In this document: piece after piece, positions 57,969-64,000 of the stretch | Position numbering within the stretch: the first letter of the stretch is position 1 | Layout of the letters: the number at the start of each line of letters is the position of its first letter | Source of the DNA: Thermoanaerobaculia bacterium | GTDB lineage: Bacteria; Acidobacteriota; Thermoanaerobaculia; Multivoradales; UBA5704 | NCBI GenBank assembly: GCA_035544875.1 | Contig: DASZZP010000085.1 | Span: 316-64,315, forward strand | Length of the DNA: 64,000 nt | Direction of reading: 5' to 3' | The notes under the pieces: generated by a model | Database searches by the model: none | What the model was told of the DNA's origin: nothing | What the model saw: the letters and a program-made list of their open reading frames with translations, nothing else | Made by a program: the position numbers and the translations under genes

Positions 57969-59204
57969 TCATCTCCCCAGCAGCGTGTCCAGACCGCTTT
58001 TCAAGAGTGCGAAGACTCTCTCGTAAAGGGAATCGTCGCGACAGCCGTCCCTTGGCAGTTCGTCCGGTTTGGTCACGCAGGTTCCCAGCGGTTCCAGCCA
58101 TGGCGAGTCGGCGTTCTTGCAGTTGCAGTCAGAGTTCAGCTCAGGACAGGGACGCATGGCCGAGCCGCTCGGGTTCAGCACTGTGCACGGGTCCGCCTGC
58201 CAAAACCCATACTTGTCCTTCCCGGTGCAGCGCGCATGGCTTGCGAGTGGATGCTTGCCGTTCAGAACGTGGCCGATTTCGTGGGCGAGGAGCGCCGGGT
58301 TGCCTTTGCAGTCGCCGCTCAGCACGATGACTCCGGTTGCCGGATCCCGCTGTCCGCCGCTATCGCCTAAGCTCCGGTCGACCATGAAGACGGGGACCAC
58401 ATGGGCCTTCAAAGCTGGCAGGCACTGCAGCAACATTCTGGTATTCGTCGACGATCTGAGCCCACTATTGGCGCAGGTACAGAGATTTTCTGCCAGGATC
58501 CGGATGCAGCACTTGCCCCAGATATTCACGGCGGCTTTATACTGCAAGTCCCAAAAACGGCCGGTCGCGGGGCGCTGGCCGTAGGCGGCGAACTGCACAG
58601 GCTGGAGTCGGAGGCTATGCTCAATGCTCGCCGCCGCCGATACCCGCCGTCCCTCTAGATCCAGAACCGTTGCCGGCGAAAGGACGGTCGGCGTGGCAGG
58701 CGCGAATTGCAGCGCCAAGCCTCGCACGCCGGACAAAAGACGCCCATCGCTCAGTGCGAGATGACTCTGCTGGAAGGACAAGCTGACGTCGGTTCCAGGC
58801 GCCAAGCTGCCTTCTAGCCTGCCCTTGAAGATTGCGAATCCAGGCGCCTCCTCCTCCGGCCGTTCCTCCAGGTCGGCGGCGGCGCGCGCGGGCGCCGCCT
58901 GATAGACCCGCGCTTCTAGGTCAAAGCTGAGGCTGGCCTCGGCCGATGATTGCATGAGCTTGCCGCCGCCTCGGACGCCAAGAATATAGATGCCGCTTTC
59001 CTCGTCACGCGTCCCGTCGGGGCGAGAGCTGTAGAGGCGGAACCATCGCATTTCCACTCCCGCCTCTGCGCCATCTGGAGAGAGTGTCTTCACGAGCAGC
59101 GCCAGCTCTCCTCTGACCGGCGCACCCTCTGGTGCGGCGTCCAGCGCCACCCTCCCTAAGAGCTTCAGCAGCAGAGAAGTGTTGACGGCCAGCTCAGGGA
59201 GCAT
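57969..59204 (-). CDS. Unknown protein with a Cys-rich C-terminal HExxH (metzincin-like spacing) metallopeptidase module
   Basis: ATG 59204 follows AAGGAGGG (5 nt) and overlaps the upstream gene by 11 nt. The C-terminus is ..GDCKGNPALLAHEIGHVLNGKHP..CTGKDKYGFWQADPCTVLNPSG..CPELNSDCNCKN..GTCV..GC. That is HExxHxxxxxH plus about 11 Cys in the last ~160 aa. I do not recognise the N-terminal ~250 aa. Confidence 0.65.
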   Translation of the reverse strand: MLPELAVNTSLLLKLLGRVALDAAPEGAPVRGELALLVKTLSPDGAEAGVEMRWFRLYSSRPDGTRDEESGIYILGVRGGGKLMQSSAEASLSFDLEARVYQAAPARAAADLEERPEEEAPGFAIFKGRLEGSLAPGTDVSLSFQQSHLALSDGRLLSGVRGLALQFAPATPTVLSPATVLDLEGRRVSAAASIEHSLRLQPVQFAAYGQRPATGRFWDLQYKAAVNIWGKCCIRILAENLCTCANSGLRSSTNTRMLLQCLPALKAHVVPVFMVDRSLGDSGGQRDPATGVIVLSGDCKGNPALLAHEIGHVLNGKHPLASHARCTGKDKYGFWQADPCTVLNPSGSAMRPCPELNSDCNCKNADSPWLEPLGTCVTKPDELPRDGCRDDSLYERVFALLKSGLDTLLGR

Positions 59205-60312
59205 CGAGCCCTCCTTTCGCATATCGGCGAGGTGACGTGGATCCGCGTTCACCGCCTACTCCGGCAGTGGCTCTTGACTTTGCCGGTTGGAAGGACGTGG
59301 GGAAGCAGTCCATCCCCTGCCCATTGTCATCGGGTTGCGGCCATGGATGCGGCAGATAGAGACCCTTGATGATGTCGCCAAGCTCTTGCCTGTCGGGCTC
59401 TGAGAGCAGCTCGAAAAACCAGCGGAAGTCCTGGTCGGGCTGTGCAGTACCGGTATCCACCGGCCACTCGAGGGGGTTGTTGTCGCAGAGATTCGCCACT
59501 GTGATCTCGACCCACCGCCCCGTCCCGGGGGCAAGGCAAAGCCTTTTCGCGCCGCCTCCGGAAAGTGGCTTTGCGATCAGGGTTGCCTCAGCCACTTTTT
59601 TCACGTCGAGGATCACCTCGTTTGACATCTCCTCGATCACCACGTTTTCCTTGCAGAGATACTTCGGGAACACCCAAGTCCCCTGGTACCCGCCAGTGTA
59701 CAACCTGCCTTTTTCGATCACGAACTGCGCTAGCACGCTCTTCGGCGGCTTCCAGGACGTCGCATCGGGGTCGATAGAGTAGTAACCGTCAACGATCGGC
59801 CCCATGTCGGCGAGTCTGGCGACATCGCCGATCGTCAAGTTGCTCGGACCGCCCTTCACGGATAGGGTGAGCCTGGTCTGGACCAGCTTCTTCTGCTCAG
59901 CTGCTACCGCTTGCGGCGACCCCGAGGGATGAAAGGCGCTGCGATGTGGCGGTGGAGGCCTTCTCGAAGCATCTATTGGATCGCCCCCCGCATCCCCTCG
60001 ATCCCCTTCCCACCCCTCCGGGGGGGAAGGGGACGCCCCCTCCCCTCGCGCACGGCCCAGTTTCGTTCTAGGCTTCCGCCCCAGGTCCCAGATGCCCTGG
60101 GTCGACTTCGGTACCTTCGGCATCCCGATTACGTCCCTGAGGTTGAACCTGACGAAAGCGCGGTGCCGGTTTAAGCCTTTCGAGTCAAGTCCCGAGCTTT
60201 GACTTTCGCCGTCCGGGATGACCACCATCACCTGCTTCGGCTCATTCTTGAAAGGCCTGTCCGGGACGAAAGCACAGCCGCCGGTGAAGCGGACCCGCAA
60301 GTTGAAGGTCAT
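59194..60312 (-). CDS. Hypothetical protein, middle gene of the CHAT operon
   Basis: ATG 60312 follows AAGGAGAGG and forms an ATGA overlap with the CHAT gene stop. 372 aa. I recognise no motif. It contains a Gly/Pro/Arg-rich low-complexity insert (~59930-60075). Confidence 0.6.
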   Translation of the reverse strand: MTFNLRVRFTGGCAFVPDRPFKNEPKQVMVVIPDGESQSSGLDSKGLNRHRAFVRFNLRDVIGMPKVPKSTQGIWDLGRKPRTKLGRARGEGASPSPPEGWEGDRGDAGGDPIDASRRPPPPHRSAFHPSGSPQAVAAEQKKLVQTRLTLSVKGGPSNLTIGDVARLADMGPIVDGYYSIDPDATSWKPPKSVLAQFVIEKGRLYTGGYQGTWVFPKYLCKENVVIEEMSNEVILDVKKVAEATLIAKPLSGGGAKRLCLAPGTGRWVEITVANLCDNNPLEWPVDTGTAQPDQDFRWFFELLSEPDRQELGDIIKGLYLPHPWPQPDDNGQGMDCFPTSFQPAKSRATAGVGGERGSTSPRRYAKGGLDAP

Positions 60313-63300
60313 TTCCTCTCCTTTCCTGACTCAATGCCTTGGAATCCGCCGACTACCTGGAAGGGTGCCCAGGAGGCGGGGGAGCGCAGGGCGGGATCGG
60401 CGCTCGCCAAGAGCGCAAGCTGCGCGGAGCGCAGGGCCTTGGCGGCGTCCTGGCTGGCGAGGAAGCTTTTGTGAAAGACCGGGAGGAGCTGCCGCGCCGC
60501 CTCGTCGTCCACCGCCCAGAGGGTCGCGACGACCGCTCCAGCGCCTGCCGTGAGGAAACTTCGCGCAAGGCCGGAGACTCCGGTGGCGCGGGCGTCGCGG
60601 GCTCCGAGAGTGTCGCAGGCGTCGAGAACGACTAGGCGCAGCCTGGAGAAGCGGAGAGCCGCCACCTCGCGGCCGAGGAGGACGCCGTCGTCGGCGGGCG
60701 CCGCGCCGGAAGCGACGAGCAGGTAAGAGCGCTGCGGGTCGCGGGCGTTGTTGACGGCATGGCCGGCGAAGTGGAAGACCTCGCAGCGGTCGAGCGCCCG
60801 CAGGACATCGGTGCGGGTGGCCGACTTCCCCAAGAGGATCGTGGCATGCGGATAGAGATGCCCGACCTCCTTGACTTCCGTCTCGGCCCCGGGCAGGTCG
60901 GGGAGTGCGGCGGACAGATCGCGGCTCGAGGTGGGTTTCCCCACCAGCAGGGCGTGCCAGCTCCCGGCTGCCCTGCGCTGTCGAGACTGCGGCCGGGAAG
61001 CCAAGTAGACCCCTGCCGCGGGCGCCAAGCTGATTGTCCGCTCCTCCACCAGGAAGCGGGAGGCCGCCGGATCGCGGAGGGCGGCGAAGGGTATTTCATT
61101 CAAGCTCTTGTCGGGCACGATCACCAGTGCCACGTCGCGAGGCAGCCGACGCACCGGCTCGGGTATCAATGCCTCCCAGAGGTCTCGCCCCAGCGAATCG
61201 AGCTGGGCGGCTGGAGCGCCGCGACGGGCAGCTTCGGCGAAGGCTCGCACCTCTTCTTCGAGGCGGCGAGTCTCGACGGTCCGATCCGTGAACAGGATGC
61301 CGCTGTTTCTCACAATCCAGGTGAGCAAGTGCTCGCGCACCCAGGCATATTCGACGATGGCGACGTCTTGCGGCAGCCAGCGCAGTCGCCCCGCTAGCGG
61401 CGCCGCTCCTACGTTTCTCGGGCTCGCCGCGGGGCCCCGCGGCGAGGCGAGCGCGATCTGCCATGGGAGATCGCGGGCCCTTTCCGAAAGCTCCAGGCCG
61501 AGATCGGGCCGGCCCCTACGCAGAGCCTGCAGCAGGATCATCTCGTCGAAGAGCTCCTGAGCCGTTTCGGCGAACGAAGCCACCAGCGTGCCGTCGACCA
61601 GCGAAGCGCTCTCGCTTTCATACAGCGCGATGGCAGCGCGCAGGTCCGCCTCCGCCGCGGCGTCGTCCTGGGCGGCCAGGCTCGACCGGGCGCAGCCGAG
61701 GTATGCCGCTGCCGTGTTGAGGGCAAGCCCATGCTGCGTGTAGTAGCGCAAGGCTCCGGCAAAGCGGGCCGCGGCCTCGGGGTAGCGGCGCTGGTGCCGG
61801 AGAGCCTCGCCCTCTGCGAGGGTGATGTCGGCCTCGACCCGCCGCCGTATCTCGCCTGCTTCGCTCGCTGCGTTCCACGCAGCCGCGTCGCGCAGGTCCG
61901 CGAAGGCGAGTGGCGGCTGGTCGAGGGCAAGCTGGATCTTACTCCGCCACAACAGGGCCTCAGCGAGCATACGCGGCTGCCGAGCGCTAAGCGCCACACC
62001 CACGCCTTCGTCCTGCAGCACCTTGGCCGCTGCCGCCTGCCCTCCCCGGAGCGCCGCATTGGCGGCCTCCCAGAGCGCCGTGTGGAGGCGGATCGAGGAA
62101 GGGAACTCGCTCAGCTCGGCCAGGGCGCGGTGCCGATGCTCCCAAGACGGCTCGCCCTGTCCGAGAAGGCCCAGAGCCTCCGCCATCAGCTCCTCGACGG
62201 CCCCTTGGTTCTCGGTTTCCCGGGCCTTCGCAAACGCCGCGGCAGCGGCGCCGTAGTGGTGCAGAGCCTCGCCGAATCGGCCCGCCCGGACTGCCGTCCA
62301 TCCCAGCCCCCATTCGATCCTGCCCACCAGGGCCACGCACTGGAGCGGCATCACGCGGCGCAAGGCCTCATCGAATTGCCGCACCGCAAGGTCGATGTGC
62401 CCGCGGTAGCTTTCGACGCCGGCGAGAGAGGCGGCAGCCCACAGGGCGACCGGGCTTCCTCCCCGCCTCAGGGCCTTCCCGGCCTCCATAAGCAGAGGGG
62501 CGGCCGGACCGATCTCGAGCTTCCGGAAATGCGCGCTCCCCAGGCGGTAGAGGCGGTGGCCGCGCGCCAGGGCAGCCAGGGCACCGGCTCCCGCGGGCGA
62601 CCACTCGGCCTGGTCGATGGCGGCAACACTCCTGGCGACGGTCTCCTCGCCGGTGAGCGCGGCGAGGGCATCGCCGATGGCGCGCGCGGTGGCGAGACGA
62701 TCCCGGGCTTCGCGGTTCCGACCTGCCGCTGCGAGGTCTCCCCACTCGCCCAACACCTCCTCGACGGCGTGCTCGCGGGCGGCTTGGGGAAGAATCTCGA
62801 CCAGGGCGCGGAGGGCCGTGGCGTCTCCTGGGAGCGCTGCCGTGCGCAGCGCTGCCACACGGGCGCTCCACAACTCCGCGCGCACCGGCTGGCGCAAGCG
62901 CCGCAGGTGCTCTCGCGCCTCGAGCGCCCAGCCCGAGAAGGGATCCCGTCGCAGATAGAGCTCCCAGGCCTGCCGCGCTTCCCCCCTGAGATAGAGCTTT
63001 TCCAGGATCAAGGCGCGATTGAAGAGAGCCTCGGGTGCGGCCGGACTCGGGGCGGCCGCCGCCTCGCTGGCGCCCAGGGCGAGCACCAGGTCCCATGGCT
63101 CTCCGGTGCTGTCGGCACACAGAAGGTACGCGGCAGCGAGATCGCTTGCCAGCGCGCGGTCGTGCGGAGCCAGAGCCGCCGCGATGGCGAGGTCGCGGAC
63201 GGCGTGCTCGACGCTCCCGCGCCGGTCGCTGGTGAGCAGATAGGTCATTCCGCGCGCATGCAGCATCCCGGGCGTGGGAGGAGAGGCCACGCGCACGCGG

Positions 63301-63587
63301 ATCGCTCGGACCACGTCCGCGAGCTCCTTCCACTCGGAAGAGTGAGCGGGCGGCAGGGGCGAGCAGGCGAGGTGCCCTGGAAGGCCGGCGCCGCCTGCAG
63401 CGCGCCGGCATGGAGCGTAGGGAAAGCCTCCGCTCAACCGCGCCTCGATCAGCCGGCGGTTGCCCACTGCGGAGACGAGAGCAGGAAGGTCCGCCCGCTG
63501 CCGCGTGGCATCACCCCCGCAAGCAAGGAGGATGGCGTAGGACGCGGCAGCCAGAATCGGCGACGGCAGAGCCTGAGACTTCCGCAT
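60309..63587 (-). CDS. TPR-repeat + CHAT (caspase-like) protease, predicted lipoprotein
   Basis: The N-terminus MRKSQALPSPILAAASYAILLACGGD is lipobox-like. About 700 aa of TPR-like helical repeats follow. The C-terminal CHAT domain is ..LVIVPDKSLNEIPFAAL..FHFAGHAV (His)..LVVLDACDT (Cys)..ATLWAVDDEAA. Confidence 0.85.
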   Translation of the reverse strand: MRKSQALPSPILAAASYAILLACGGDATRQRADLPALVSAVGNRRLIEARLSGGFPYAPCRRAAGGAGLPGHLACSPLPPAHSSEWKELADVVRAIRVRVASPPTPGMLHARGMTYLLTSDRRGSVEHAVRDLAIAAALAPHDRALASDLAAAYLLCADSTGEPWDLVLALGASEAAAAPSPAAPEALFNRALILEKLYLRGEARQAWELYLRRDPFSGWALEAREHLRRLRQPVRAELWSARVAALRTAALPGDATALRALVEILPQAAREHAVEEVLGEWGDLAAAGRNREARDRLATARAIGDALAALTGEETVARSVAAIDQAEWSPAGAGALAALARGHRLYRLGSAHFRKLEIGPAAPLLMEAGKALRRGGSPVALWAAASLAGVESYRGHIDLAVRQFDEALRRVMPLQCVALVGRIEWGLGWTAVRAGRFGEALHHYGAAAAAFAKARETENQGAVEELMAEALGLLGQGEPSWEHRHRALAELSEFPSSIRLHTALWEAANAALRGGQAAAAKVLQDEGVGVALSARQPRMLAEALLWRSKIQLALDQPPLAFADLRDAAAWNAASEAGEIRRRVEADITLAEGEALRHQRRYPEAAARFAGALRYYTQHGLALNTAAAYLGCARSSLAAQDDAAAEADLRAAIALYESESASLVDGTLVASFAETAQELFDEMILLQALRRGRPDLGLELSERARDLPWQIALASPRGPAASPRNVGAAPLAGRLRWLPQDVAIVEYAWVREHLLTWIVRNSGILFTDRTVETRRLEEEVRAFAEAARRGAPAAQLDSLGRDLWEALIPEPVRRLPRDVALVIVPDKSLNEIPFAALRDPAASRFLVEERTISLAPAAGVYLASRPQSRQRRAAGSWHALLVGKPTSSRDLSAALPDLPGAETEVKEVGHLYPHATILLGKSATRTDVLRALDRCEVFHFAGHAVNNARDPQRSYLLVASGAAPADDGVLLGREVAALRFSRLRLVVLDACDTLGARDARATGVSGLARSFLTAGAGAVVATLWAVDDEAARQLLPVFHKSFLASQDAAKALRSAQLALLASADPALRSPASWAPFQVVGGFQGIESGKERK

Positions 63588-63905
63588 GGTCTTCGCGCTG
63601 AGCGACCCGAGGGAGACCCCGACCTCCGCTCTCTCGGCGGTCCCGACGCACTTCGCTCACTTTCGTACGAGCGCGTTCATTCTACCAGGTCAGGCAGAGG
63701 CGAGGCGCCAGCACGCCGCTGCAAGTGGCTCCGCCGGAAAGCGTGACCAGCCGCCGGACACTTCCCTCCCTATCGTTGATAGACGGACAATCTACAGGTT
63801 TTCCGGGTGGAAGGCGGCGGCGAGTCACGGCACGCCGAAGGTACAATGCTCTGTGTGTGAACCAGCAGACCTTCGCGGTCACCGCGGTCCGCATCGCGAA
63901 GGCTC

Positions 63906-64000
63906 GCGTCTACCTCTCGCCTCCCGTGCTCGCCATTCTCGAGCGCCTGCAGCCGCGCACCGGCCGCTCCGAGTGGGTCTTCGAAAGCCCGAAGCGTCCG
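63906..64000 (+). pseudogene. 5'-truncated second copy of the integrase gene, running off the window
   Basis: 63926-63999 is identical to 57378-57451 (74 nt), with weaker similarity from about 63906. It translates ..RVYLSPPVLAILERLQPRTGRSEWVFESPKRP, matching integrase residues from about 303. Only about 310 bp lie upstream before the CHAT gene, too few to encode the N-terminal 300 aa. Confidence 0.8.

Noticed and set aside
59194-60312. The middle gene of the CHAT operon as a bacterial gasdermin, since gasdermins are often encoded next to CHAT/caspase-like proteases.
   Set aside because: Its length (372 aa), composition and lack of any gasdermin-like N-terminal pattern that I can recognise do not support this. 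Only a structure-based search could revive the idea.

Overview
High-GC bacterial chromosome segment. The repeated PadR + orphan MacB/FtsX-type ('ADOP-like') permease pairs, the DUF1800/DUF1501 pair and an IPTL-CTERM protein suggest an Acidobacteriota-like soil organism; this is inference only. Many long ORFs in the track are antisense shadows typical of high-GC DNA, and I called genes only where the translation shows recognisable family motifs or good SD/overlap geometry.

Layout:
- 1-3.0 kb: decayed efflux genes with a RES-Xre and a PIN-RHH toxin-antitoxin pair.
- 3.3-10.3 kb: PadR plus permease, a Tat-exported DJ-1/PfpI-YHS fusion, and a multiply frameshifted second permease.
- 10.6-20.2 kb: phosphoesterase, ISKra4 remnant, VapBC, amidohydrolase, DUF1800/DUF1501.
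- 20.7-23.0 kb: an overlapping EgtB-like/glycosyltransferase pair that looks like selenoneine genes senA-senB, with no senC in the window.
- 23.4-30.2 kb: small stress proteins and exported proteins.
- 30.5-38.3 kb: a four-gene phosphorelay.
- 39.2-47 kb: a giant DUF4082 protein, a third PadR/permease pair and an AraC regulator.
- 47-51 kb: a run of pseudogenes.
- 51-64 kb: visibly more AT-rich mobile DNA.

The mobile part contains a membrane-anchored patatin-like phospholipase operon, a tRNA-Thr(CGU) 3'-fragment (att remnant) with arm-type direct repeats, and a P4-type integrase. It also holds a tightly coupled three-gene operon (TPR-CHAT lipoprotein / unknown protein / Cys-rich metzincin-like HExxH protein), bracketed by the integrase and a 5'-truncated second copy of the same integrase.

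That CHAT operon is my best candidate for an undescribed system, and the patatin operon is second. Several families of intergenic repeats are also present.
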